In this document: piece after piece, positions 1 through 19,304 of the stretch | How the letters are laid out: each line of letters starts with the position of its first letter | How positions within the stretch are numbered: position 1 is the first letter of the stretch | Assembly (NCBI GenBank): GCA_033442325.1 | Contig: JAWQFM010000015.1 | Span: 1,341,203-1,405,202, forward strand | Origin: Salpingoeca rosetta | Lineage: Eukaryota > Protista > Choanoflagellata | Direction of reading: 5' to 3' | Length of the DNA stretch: 64,000 nt | Notes under the pieces: generated by a model | What the model was told of the DNA's origin: nothing | The model's input: only the letters and a program-made list of their open reading frames with translations | Database searches by the model: none | Translations under genes and position numbers: made by a program

Positions 1-2362
1 AACAGTAGCCGGTCTTCTTGCCGCAGATGCAGCAGCGCAGTCGCGTGTCCTTCGCATGCCCGTCCGCATAGTAGGGGTGCAGTCGGAGCAGCATGGGCAG
101 GTGCACCGACAGCGGCGCATTGCGACTGCTGCTTGCTGCTGTTGCTGGGGCGACGCTTTGTGCCTGCTGCTGCTGTCCCTGGTCGCGCAGTGGCGCCTGA
201 TGGCGATCGTGTTGTGGTTGTGGGTGTGGTTGTTGTTGATGTTGCTGCCGTTGCCGTCGTGGTTGCTGTTGCTGCCGTTGTCGTCGCTGTGGCTGGACGC
301 CGCTGGGTGCAGGTGCGCTGGTCGGTTTATCTGCAGTGTTGGTGGCCAAGTCCTTCGCCAGGAGGAGGCGAAAGCGCCAGAAGGGCGTGTGCTCCTCACC
401 CCAGCGATGGCAAAGCATGAGGTATGCATCGGTGATGCAGATGCCAACGAGCGTGATGAGGAGGTGACGAGCGGGCGCGTTGGTCGTGAATGCTTCCGCT
501 AGCAACCGCGCACCTTGAGAAAGGACGCCGTGCATTGCAGCCTTGCGCCTGCTGCTGCAGTACAGATGTGCAATCGGCGACTGTGTGATTGCGTCGTCGC
601 TGTTGTCGTGACGATGCTGTGTTGCATCAGGGCTGCGTGTTGAGACGAACGTCATCACACCCCGAGCAGCGCGCCACGCATGGGCGATGATGTAAACGGG
701 GGATATAGCAGCACTACCACTGTGCACAATGCTGCTCAGGTCAACATCCGCTGTTGCCGTGAAGGTGCTCCCCATGGGCGCAGGCGTGTGATGTGCCAGC
801 CACTCCTGGTGTGAGTGAGTGTGTGTGTGTGAGTGTGTGTATGTGTGTGTGAGAGCGTGTGTGTGAGTGTGTGTATGTGTGTGTGAGAGCGTGTGTGTAT
901 GTGTGTGTGTGTGTGCGTGCGTGTGTGTGTGTGTGTGTCACAGTCACATATTGCCTCACAAAGGCGAGTGCTCCCTCACCTTTGGGAAATGCCGTGTCAT
1001 GGTCTCCACGTTGCCAATGAACTGCAAGCCCCTCCTCTTCAGCTCATATGCGGCTTGGACGGATGCGACGGCGGGCCCGCCAACGAGCATGCGACCGGAA
1101 CCAGCGTACGCCTCAGCTGCATCTAACATCCACGCGCAGTTGCTGGCAGCAGGATTGCTCCCATCCCCTTCGTCACCAGCAGCACCATCCTCAAAGTCGC
1201 TGACGTCCAACCACAACACGACACCAGATTCGCCGTCCGCGAGTGACCTGAGCTCCATCTCAGCGCCGCGCTCTGCACTGCATCCATGGGCCACACCGTC
1301 CATGGATGCACATGTGTCTGACGTGTGCGCGTGTAATACGAGGGTGCCGCCCGCTCGGAACTCACGTCGAGACGCGTTGAACATCGCAATCGCTGGCTCA
1401 ACAGCAGCAAGGTTTGGGCGAAGCCGCTGCCCCTGATGTTGGTGTTGGTGTTGTGCAGGATCATCACCAGGAGCGTCAGGGACGACGGCTAGACAACTGA
1501 GGATTGCTTCAAACCGAGACCGCGACAACCCGAACGTCTGCTCGAACCTGAGACAAGCAAAGGTGTCGGAATCACGGTAGCTGTCATCCCAGCACTGGTG
1601 GAGAGGAAGGCCGAGGTGAGCCACGCCCACGAACGCTCCAAAGACACGCAGCATCTCCCCGGTGGTGGTCACACGCTGGCCCTTGGCGGCGAGGTTGGCT
1701 GATGTTGCGCTCACGAGCGCGTCCAGGAAGGTGCTGGGAAACGCAGCGAGGAAGAAGCCAAGCAAGTTGTCTGGCCGGAGCGTCAAGGCGGGCGTTGGCG
1801 GCGAGAAGGAGGGCGTTGGTCGACGTACGTGTTGCAGCGAAGACGCAGCGCGAGCGGGCTTCCACCACACGTGCTGCACGAGCACAGCCGCCGGCTCCTC
1901 TGCTTCATCTGGTTCGTGAGCGTGTGTATGCGCGCGGCTCTGCTGCGGTGAGCCTGAGTGTGGTGGATGCTGTGCGGGTTGGTTGCTTGGCTCGGGAACC
2001 TCTATCGCCTCAGCTGGCTCCAGTGCCTGCGTGTCTGCTTGCGCTGGCTGTATCGCTGCTTGCGCTGGTGTCAACCCTGCGCCAGTGCCATGCTGCGTGC
2101 CCGTGCCATGAGCAGCAGCTTGTCCTGTGTCCAGTTCCAGTGACCGTGTGGGCACGGTGGATGCGCTGCCCGTGCTCCAAACAACACGCCAGCGCCGGCC
2201 CCTGCCTCGTCCTGTCTGCTCCTTGATGGTGCCCTTGACCAACCTTGTGTGTGCGCCTGGCCCAAACGCCTCGCACGCGCGGGCTACGCCAAAGGCAGCC
2301 ACGGCAGACGCCACGACGCGGGCGCCAACACCAAGCTGCTTCGCCCTCTTTCGAGACGACAT
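1..2362 (-). CDS. piggyBac-type (PGBD / DDE_Tnp_1_7) transposase-derived protein with a C-terminal Cys-rich domain; catalytic aspartates absent; 3' end runs off the window
   Basis: Exon 1 is 2362-980 (AAG|GTGAG). Exon 2 starts at 805 (CAG|GAG) and reads on toward position 1. piggyBac-like blocks: FFLAAFP..LVSATS..L, EMLRVFG, FGLSRSRFEAILSCL, LADGESGVVLWLDV, GSGRMLV..VASV..ELKRRGLQFIGNV, PIAHLY, LVGICITDAY, and the terminal LRCCICGKKTGYC. Confidence 0.8.
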
Positions 2363-2531
2363 TGGGCGCCCTCACAGTGTGTGAAACACAGTGAACGTCG
2401 GTGTGAAGTGTGTCTTTTACTTTGGCTGTCCTTCTTCTCCCACACCAACCAGCCAACCAACCAACCAGCCAACCAACCAACCAACCAACCAAGCAAGCAA
2501 GTGCCACCACCACGTCAACCAAGTCATCACA

Positions 2532-5178
<2,647 letters not shown>

Positions 5179-5506
5179 GTTGTTTGTTGCTGTTTGTGTG
5201 TTTCGTTGTTGTTGTAAATGAATGCGCCTTGTCCTTTCTCAACTTTGTGTTGTAATGATCTGAGCGAACCAACCAACACCAACCAGCATCAACCAACATC
5301 AACCAACCAACCAACCAACCAACACCACAGAGCACGACACGAGGCCATGCAACACGGCACAGCACTGCTCACACCAGCACACAGAGCCAGAAAAGCGCTC
5401 ACACACAGCACACGGCACACAGCACACGAAACGAATGCAGCTGAAAGCGCTGCGTTCATGTTACGCCTGCATGTGTGATGCGTGAATGGATACATGTACG
5501 TCTGCA

Positions 5507-9383
<3,877 letters not shown>

Positions 9384-9964
9384 CGTTGCTTGCTTGCTTG
9401 CTTGGGAAGTCGAATCAGGGGATCAAATGCTAGGGCACGCGTGGTGGTGGTGGAAAGTGAGACACGCCTGTATGGAGGGGAAACCAAAACAACAAAACAA
9501 CAACAAGCAGAAGTGAAGAGAGTGTTGTGACATCTGACCTGTTGGGTTTCACGTGCGAAAGGGAAAAATGACTTCTTTTGGTGGAAGGGAAAATTGACTT
9601 GGAGCACAAGCCGCTCTGATAATTTTTCGGGGACCTGAGTTGCGGACAGCAGTGCCAAAACCAAAAGAACAACAACCACAGCGTTTGTTTGCGGACAGTG
9701 GCTGGATTGTGTCTTTTTTTTTGCCACTCCAGTGCACCCCAAACACAAACACCCAGACAGGCAACCACCAGACCAGACCACCACCACAACAAGATAACAG
9801 GTAAGCCTGTAAGCATGGTCTCTCTTTTTGCTCACCTTCCCACTGCGGTCAGCACAGCTCTGGCTTCACCTCCTCCTCTCCTTCTCCGAGTAACTGAGCT
9901 CCCAACCCAGCGCGCTGTCTTCAATGCATCTTGACATGCTGGACATGCTTGTCTTCATGACATC

Positions 9965-12679
9965 ATGTCATCACAGAGGAAAACACAAACTTACAACAAC
10001 AAACGCTCTGCTTTCTCTCGCATCGTGCCTTTGTGGTCAGCGATCAACGCCAGCAACACGAGAGGAGTCATGGCTTCCACTTCACCGACCGATCTTGATG
10101 TGTGGGACACCCAGAATGAAGAGTGCGAGCAGGAACAACTACCACACATCCCCAGAGTTGAGAATGGCGACGCCATTCTCCCCGCTTTGCCTGAAACCGA
10201 GCCTTCAATGCACACTTCTCCGGCTGGTGCAACCCACCCTGCCCACCGTCTCCCACCGGCACCGAAGGGTTCGAATACCGCCAAGGCCAAGGAGCAAGCC
10301 TCCATGCAGCAGTCCAAGCCTCTCAAACCCGGAATCAGTTCTGCTCAACTTAGTGCTGCTTTGAGCGAATCCCCAACCAAGAAGCCCAAGATCGATTCAC
10401 CTGAAAGCGGCGCCACGAAGCGGACACATCGACGTGACATTGCGGTGCAGAAAGCACCAAGTCGCGTAACGACCGCGAGCAGTGCTTCCTCGGCCAAGGA
10501 CTCAAGACAAAGCAACACAAAGACCAGTAACACCAAGACTGCCAACAAAGAGTCCAGTCACACCACAGCAGCTCCGTCACGCCGCGTCTCCTCAACCTCG
10601 TCATCAGTCTCAACATGTGATTCTTCCTCAACGTTGTCTTCTCCAACGCTTCCGGGTGATACCTCAACCGCCTCGTCTTCCAGCACCAAGCAGACCACCA
10701 AGCAGACCACCAAATCGTCCGCTGTGCCCCCGCAAGCAACTGCATCGAGCACTGTCATGCCCTCGTCGAGCATTGACCCGGTGCCAACACCTCAGCCCAA
10801 AAAGAAGAAACCGACAGCGACCAGCCGACCCAAAGCCAACAGTTTCACTATGGCCACCACAGCTAGTGAGGGCAACGCATCATCGTCCTCGTCGTCTTCT
10901 GGCTCCCGCTCTTCCTCGCCTTCGGTAAAACTAACCACCAAGCCCGTGGCCGGTTCAGCTTCAAAATCTTCGCCTGCTTCCTCCAAGCCAACCACAAAGC
11001 GGAAGAAGACAGCTGTGCGCGGAAAGGGTGGAGAGTCCAAGCAACCCACAGATAAGAAGGGCACGCCAACAAAGACAAGGCGTCGTCGTAGTAAGGCAGG
11101 CGCACCCTCCAGCGAGGACAACTCTATCTCTCCGCAGCGGTCGTCATCTACACATGTGCCATCATCAGTTGGAGTGATGCCGGCCAGCGCGACCACACAT
11201 GCACCAGTAGCAGCATGTGCGGCTTCACCAGGCTCGTCTGGGTCTCCCCGCGCCTCTGGTACGAATGGCGATGGTACTCGCGTCACAGCCACCACGAGTA
11301 CATCAAACGGCACGGCCAGAGCGAGCGACGACGATGGCCAAGACCTGCCACTGCAGTTTGTGGCGCTGCGCTGTGTCAAGGAGCAGCTCCCACCAATCTT
11401 GCAGCCACACTTTCTGGAGAACATTGACATGCGCAACCCAAGCAGCACCATTGAGGAGATGCAGATGATGTACTGCTTCGTGACGTTCATGGCCATCAGC
11501 TCTATGACTGTGTTCGAGCAGAGTACCACGAAGCAGCAAGACTTGAAGGATGCTCTCAAAGCGTTTCAGGTGCGGAAAGATACGCTTCGGTTGGATCGCT
11601 CCGCTCTCGAAGCCCTGCTTCGCTTCCATGCCGAGATGATTGACCTGCGTATCGTTGCCGACGCGAGCGAGCTTGACGAGGCAACCATCATCAACGTCGG
11701 CAGCGACTCGGCCATCTTTGTCATGAACCCGTGCGGCGTGCTGTTCCGCGCCAGCGACATTGCCATGGACGAGGAAGCCACGGACCTCAATGACGACACG
11801 GCGGTGGGCGCGCTGTCACCGCCGCACATTGGCGACGACCCCGACCTCGACACGGCCGTCGGAGCCATGCACGCCAGTACCCCTGAGCAGCACGGCTTTG
11901 CCGGCGAATTTACGGAGCCGATTCGTGACCTGCAGAGCATTCCCACATCCCCGATTGACCAGCAGCAAACGGGCACCGGCGCCCCCAACATCTACCCGCA
12001 ACAGCAGGCCGTGGGTGCCAGCGTGTTTGAGCGCATCCGCACCGTGCTACTGTCCTTGGAGCTGGACATTGAGAGAGACAGCGTTGACAAGGCTGCACGG
12101 TTGCCGTTTGATGAGCTTGGCGGCATCCTCATGTTGGTGCCCAACTTCAACTCCCTGTACGCACAGACGCGCTCGCGTGCACAGCAGTTCTTGCAGCAGC
12201 AAGGCGTTCCCGAAGACAAGGTGCTGGTGGTGAAGTGCAACGCAGCGTGTGCTGATGAAGTGAAGACTTTCTGGCGGGGGGTGGAGACGAACAGGGACAA
12301 GCTGTTTGTGGTGCTGCATGATGAAGCGCACTGGGCCATCGACAGGTCACCAAATGATGACAGCTCAAGTGGTGTGGCTGACCTGTTCCTCAACCAGCCC
12401 AGAAACAAAGGGGTCAAGAACGCACGCAACCTTGTGCGCTTGCTGGTCACAGCCACACCCTATGCTCTGCAGACCGGGAAATCGGCAATCCCTTTGGTCA
12501 ATGAGATCCACTGGGATGCCGTCACAGGCGGCAGCGAAGAATCGTCTGGTGAGAGAGTGTGTGAGAGAGGGTGTGTGTGCGTGTTTATGTGTGCGTGTAC
12601 ACGTGTAAGTGTAGTTGCCGCACCTTGTCAAGCAGTTCTCACGTAATGATCGTCCACACACACTCACATGCAAACATGT

Positions 12680-12746
<67 letters not shown>

Positions 12747-15700
12747 AGAGAACCACGGGCCGCGGTACTTTGGGATGTCCGACCTGCAGGGGCAACATAA
12801 GGACCCCAAGCGACAGCGTCTTGTCATGGACAGTTCATTTCATGCTCTGGTGTCGGAGTGCGTTGGGCGTCGTAAGCCAGGCACACGCGAACAACTCATG
12901 GCTAAGTTTTTCCAGTGTTACGAAGCGGCCTTCTTGCTCGCTTTACATGATATCATGGGGACAAAACTGCTAGACCGAGAGGAACTGGAGAGCCACACGA
13001 CACCCTTGACGCTGCGCATGATCACCCGCTTCCTCAAGGCGACGACCAGCACCAACGGTCACGGACACATGCTCCTCATCCGTGTTGTGAGCAACCCCAT
13101 GGGCCGCGCGTTGACGTTGAGGCTGAGAGAGCTTCGCGCCAAGCTTGGCCTCGACAAGCGGTTTGCGGTATTGCAGGACACCAGCGCCGACCCGCTGCGA
13201 CGCGTGCTTGAACTTGATGAGCGCAGCTCCGAGTGCCTCTCGCGACTGCAGCAGATGACGGGCGCGAGTGGCATTGCCAGCTATGAGCAGCTGGAGCACC
13301 TTCCCTGCATCCTCGTGCTCTGTGACAAGGGCCGCATGGGCGACACCTTCCCCAAGTCGCTGCAATACTACGACCTCCGCCTGCGCTACGGTAGCTCCTC
13401 CTCCTGCACGCGCACCTACATGGAACAGGACCTCGGACGCATGTTCCGGTACGCGCGGAGTCTGGACGAGCTGCCCATGTGCCTGTTGCCGCCAACGGCA
13501 CACGAGTGCCTCCAGCGAAGCCTCATACACCTCTCCCCCGACCGTAAGGTGTGTGCGTTTATTGGCGTATGTATTTTTGTGTATGTGTGTATATGTGTGT
13601 GTTATATGTGTTCATCATCATGTATGTGCGTGTGTTGATGTGTGATGGATCATCCCCACATTCCAACTACTTGCATCCCGCCCTAAGCTTGTATGTACAA
13701 ACACACACTCCCGTGTCAGCCCCAATTACTTCTTCACGCTCACCGTCTGTCTCCTCTCACTCTAGGCGAACATTTCAAAGCCACCCAAAGGTGAACAGAT
13801 ACCTCGACCAAAACCGAGTGAAAACTGGTCATCACGGAACGATTCCCTCTTCTACCGCACGTATGCGCGCCCAACAAGCAAGAACTACGATGAGGGCAAC
13901 CGCCGGGGTACAGACCCACGTCGCTTCCTCCTGCAGGGCAAGCCGCAGGTGGGGAAGACGGGCGCATACCTGTGGGCGCTCAAGCTGCTCGCTGAGCACC
14001 TCAACATGCCACCAGGGCCCACAGAGACGGAGGAGGTGGTGGTGTGCTGTGACGATGACGACTTTGACGACGAAGGCAACGAGCGGGAACTTGACATGGA
14101 CGAGGATGAGCAGCAGCAGCAAAACCACCGCGGCGTGCTGCCTGTACACACAGTGGTGCAATCCCTACCCTTTGTGGCGCCACAGCCCGGCAAGTATGGC
14201 GCCATCATCATGGACCAGCGTGTGCACGCAGCGCGGCTGGCAGCAGCAGAGGCAGCGGCACACGGCGACAATGGCGACGTTGTTGTGGATGGTGCACCCG
14301 GGAACCGGTCACGACTCGTGGTGCGCAAGACTGTGAGCAGCGAGTATGCGCTCATGGCGCGACCACAGCCGCCGTCAGCTCAGGCGGCAGCAGGTGGCAA
14401 CGCTGTCGTGGCCGAGTTTGCGGCGCCGGTCGTGGCTGAGCTGAGCGTGAACAGCGACGACGAGATGAACCGTGAGAGGACGCTGGGCAGCCGATGGCAC
14501 ATTCCCGCAGCCAAGGCGGTCCTGTTCCAAGGGCTCATCAGCCGTGGCGACGACGGTACTGCTGCTACGTTTGAGCGCATTCGTGTTGAGGACCTTGACA
14601 TGCCCGTCGTGTTTATGCCGTCGAGTGGGCGTGCCGCCATCGGCCTCCTCGACCTCAGCAGAACACTTCGCAGTCGTCAGAGCAACAGCAGCGGGAACAG
14701 CAGCACAAGCAGCAGTGACAACAACGGCAGTGGCGATGGTGGTGTTCACAAAGTGCTGCAGGTGATTGTGGTGAAACAGGACGAGTTTGACGCCTATTGC
14801 ACGCACTACCCTGACGTGGTGGTGTGTGCGCTGCCCGAAGCTGCAAGCAGCCCTGACAAGGGCATTGGTGCGAGCCGCGACTTCATCAAGCGGTTTGCCA
14901 CGCTCAACCTCGACCTGACCCGCCACGCAGCGCGTGCTGGCGGTGTGAGGCTGGGGCGGGTTGCGAGCCTCATCCTCATGCTGGACGACTCGTGCTTGGT
15001 GTTCAAGCGCGCCGTCGTGAGGCAGGATCCCTGCGACTTTCACACTGCTGATGATGTTGATGTTGTGGACGGCGCCCAGCATGGCGGTGCGAGCGACGAT
15101 CACCAGCGAGAGTGGAAGTGGGACTGGGCGAACCGTGAGAACCGCAGCGAGTTCACCATGGAGGACGTGCCGCTGCTGCACGTGCTGCAGCACATGCTGA
15201 GCGACCCTGACTTGCACAGGTACGCGCTGATGGGCATTTCGCGCTGGCGCCCGTTCTTGCGCAACATGCAGAGCGCGTACAAGCGGGCGCATCCGTTCTC
15301 GTTCCTGCTCCTGAACGTCGATGTGACGCGTGACGTGCACTACGAGGCAAACGATCTTCTCTGCGAGGACATCCGCTTCAACGAGCGCTTGAACGCGCGT
15401 GATTTGTTGTTTGTCAAGTACTGCCGGTTCGTGTTGCTGAAGAAGCAGTTGGCTGAGGGCGGCTGCAGCGCCCTGTTGGAGAGGGCGCACGTGGATGCAC
15501 AGAACGAGACACATTCGCGCACGTTCGAAGTTGCTGCTCTGCCAGACACTGGTAATGATTTCAGTGCGAAACTCGCTGTCACCCTCGATAACATCCCGAC
15601 TGCTGAGCTCATTGCTGCTGCTGAGGGTGACGCGAGTGCACTGTTGGACCGTCTGGCAGACCACCTCGTCACGATCCTGGGACCCGGTCTCGTGTCATTG

Positions 15701-16213
15701 CTGCAAATGGAGCTTGTTGAGCCCCGCATGCTGTGCATGCCTGCAGGCACATCATCGCGGCCACATCAAGTGCAATGCCGAATCTGCCTCAAGGAACCTG
15801 GGCAGCAGCTGGACATGGTGGGATACACCCGCCTTCGAAGCACCCTCGCGTACATTGCGACGGTCGCACAAACACAGGCGTCAGTCCCGCTATCCATCGT
15901 GCTGGACTTTGTGCGCAAACATTTGATCCCTGTGCCTGCAAGCACGCGCGTCTTCACAATTGGCGAGCGGCCTGAACGCGACGCGAACGTACCCATCGCA
16001 ACTGCCCCAACAGCCGTCATCGCATCCTACACCACAAATCCAATTGAAGTGAGGGCTCTGACAAGCAACTCTGAGTGGCAATGCTTGCTCGTCGACATGT
16101 ACCATGCTACTGGCGAGCATGAGGGCCTGAGATTCCTTCTGTCCGTGGCGCCGGCCAACTCTGAAGCCTATTACTACCTCCACTTGGGCTGGGTGCTTGC
16201 GATCAAGCGATAG
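9965..16213 (+). CDS. GREB1-like: GREB1-like protein: basic disordered N-terminus, circularly permuted SF2 helicase, TAGT/base-J-type glycosyltransferase
   Basis: Three exons join in frame: 9965 (or 10070)-12548, 12749-13548 and 13766-16213. GREB1-family strings: LPCILVL..G..GDTFPKSLQYYDLRL, EQDLG, PRRFLLQGKPQVGKTGAYL, VVKQDEFDAY..YP, GIGASRDFIK, LMLDDSCL, LHVLQHM, YALMGISRW, FLLLNVDVTRDVHY..CEDIRFN..KKQLAEGG. Confidence 0.88.
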
Positions 16214-16234
16214 ATGTGCCGCGTGTAGTATCAG

Positions 16235-16288
<54 letters not shown>

Positions 16289-16404
16289 CATCGTGTGAAG
16301 TGTATGTTGTACGTGCGCGTCGTCTTGATACTTCCGCCATTCTCTCTTAAAGGTTTATTCCTTCTCACACACCCACCAAACTTCACCCCTCCCTCCCTCC
16401 GGTA

Positions 16405-16742
16405 TCATTGCTCCTTCCTCTCCATCTCAAGTGTTGTTTGCAGCGCATCAAACAGTGCGTGTGACCGTGCAACACTCACGTGCAGCCACTCCACCACGTC
16501 GTTGTCGTTGTTGTTCCTCTTACCACGGGTCTCCTGTTTGTGCCCTTGCCTTTGCCTTTGCCTTTGCCTTGTTCTTTTTGTGGTCACATGCTTAAAGTCG
16601 CAGTGCAGTAGCGCCAGCTCCTGGTACCTGTTGCACGCCAATACACGGTTTTGTTGGAGTGGTTTGGAAGGTGTGAGGAGAAGGCAGGGGTGGCGGAGGT
16701 GAGGCAGAGGGATGCAGAGGAGAGGCGAGGCAGTGACAAACG

Positions 16743-16824
<82 letters not shown>

Positions 16825-16844
16825 TACACACACACGCATACACG

Positions 16845-16878
<34 letters not shown>

Positions 16879-19253
16879 TACACACACACACGCATACACG
16901 CATACACACACACACACCACTCGGCCTCTGCGCGCTGTTCGACGGCCGTGTACTCCGAGGTCATGAGCGCGACGAGAAGATTGAGGAGGAGGACAACAGC
17001 CAGCAGCATAAACCCAACAAAGTACACGTGCTGCAGCCACAGGAGTTCGGGGTAGGTTTCGCGCGCATGCGACGCCGCCGCTGTGGCCACGCTGCCACCA
17101 TCACTGCTGCTGCCGCCGCTGCTGCTGTTCACTGCGGTGGTTCGGTCCAGATGGTTGGTGTCGATGAAGGGGCCTTCGAGGCCAACGATGACGTTCATCT
17201 CGCCAAACAGCATCATGAAGACGGAGAGGAGGGACGCCAGCACGGTCGTGTGTCCTTCTGCACGCGCACGATAGACGCAGAAGAAGGCCAAAGCAAAGCC
17301 CGCAATGCCAAGCACAAGCACGAGCAGGAACGAGCGCAAGCGTGCAACCATGCGGGCCACCATCTTCATGAACACGCCCGTGCTGCGGAAACCGCGCAGG
17401 AAGTACATGGTGCCAAAGGGGATGCACAGCGCGGCGGCAGAGGCAAGCGCGTACTGCTCCGGCAGTCGCAACGCGTGCAGGGCAAACGTGGCGGCACTGA
17501 GCGCATAGGACAGCAGGAGAAGCGTGCGCCAGCCCTCATGGAGCCGCCGCCAGCCGCCGTGAAGCAGTAGCCACGGCCCAGCAAGCAAAGCAAGCAGCAC
17601 CACCAGCAGGCCAAGCGCAGTCCAGCCAGCCACCACATGCCACGACGGCGTGGTGGTGGTGAGGCGACCCGGAGTTGCCGTCAGCAGCGTTGGACGGTCC
17701 GAGGTAAGATCGTCGCGCGCAACGTGGACAAGGGACGCCAGCATGGTAACAGCAAACACGCTGTGCAACGCGAAGAGCGCCAGGAAGGTGCGCCGAACGC
17801 GCGTGTGCCAGTGCCAAAGCACCACACACTGGATCGCTGCTGTCGTAAACACGTCCGTCTGTCCATGCTGCGCACAGTAGCTGAGGAGGTCAAGGTGGCG
17901 GTGGAGGTTCGGCAGTGCAACAGCGAACGTGCTCACGGGTGCTGCTGATGCGGTCGTGGTCGTGTTCGTGTTTGTGGTCTTCCAAGCACCCTTGTTGCTG
18001 GCGAGATTGCCATTGTCTGTGCGGTGCAATGCAGTGCCTTGCGTCGTGCTGCAGTGGGGAAGAACGGTGAATGCGAGGCCACTCTCCACGGTGACAGTGG
18101 CGTGGGAGTGCAAGGCTGGGCTGCATGTCACCACAGTGTCCAGGAAAGGCGGCAGCAGCCGAGGAAATGTCTGGGCGAGCGGCAGCAGCGCAGCCGTCCA
18201 GCCCAAGCGCGTGCTGTGTTGGTGTTGATGATGACGATGATGATAATTATGTTTGTTGTTGCGCAGTGAGACAAAAGGGAATAAATGGTCATGTCACGGA
18301 ATGTCACATCACACCATGTAACGTAATGTAACGTGAACTTTCGACGCATGTGTGTGTGTGTGTGCCTTTTGCTCAAATCCACTTCCTCCTCACCCCTCAC
18401 CCCTCACCCCTCACCCCCTCACCCCCCGCCACCTCCCTCACCTTGACGTGGGTTGGTGCTTGATGTTGGAGAGGATGGCTTGCACGGCGCGCCGCTCGTG
18501 GCGATCAATGGACCACAGCAGAGGCGATGATACCATTGATGACGATAGGAAAGTGTGGTGAGGGGTTTGGTGAGCGTGCTCAGCGGTGGGGTGGCGTAGT
18601 GAAGCTGGGGCGGAAGGGTGTGGCGGCGTGAGGGCGAGTGGACGCTGGGGCAGTTCAATGAGGCCGCCGACGACGACGTCAACGTTTGCATCGCTGCTGA
18701 CGTGCGCTAGGGCGTGGTGCAGCAGTGTCTGCTGGCTGCCCTTTGTTCGCGCCATGCACAGCGGGTAGGACGTTGTCATGCACCGCGCAACTACTTCTGC
18801 TTGCACGGGTGTCGGCAGCGCGTGCGTTGTCTGTTGACACGTGTCCAATACACGTGACATGCACCATGCAGCGAACCCGCTGTCAATGTCCCACACGCGC
18901 ACCACGCCATCTCGGCTCACGCTCACCACCTACAGAACTCAAGGGCAAAGGCAAGGATAACGAAAGATTCGGAATCGATGAGACACAGCGTGTGGTACTG
19001 AGACACAGGAGAGAGGTGACAGACGGCAACTCACTCGAGGCGCTACCCTTGCGTCTGTCAACAACAATTCCAGGCACACACAGCCAGCACACAAAACACA
19101 TGTGTGCAAGCCCTCTCTGCTATCACAAGCCATATACCCACCCACACACACATACAAGCCATGTACCCCCTCCCCCAGACCCAGACCCACCCACATCCAC
19201 ACCCACATCCACCCACACACCCCCCCCCCCCCCCACCCACACACACACACACA

Positions 19254-19304
<51 letters not shown>

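Noticed and set aside
1-2530. Active piggyBac transposon
   Set aside because: No catalytic Asp triad, no visible TTAA or TIR at the 5' side, and a host-type intron; treated as a transposase-derived gene instead.
14375-15664. 429-aa minus-strand ORF and similar long antisense ORFs (23850-24764, 45134-46180, 57717-58532)
   Set aside because: These are shadow ORFs of GC-rich sense genes with no recognisable motifs.
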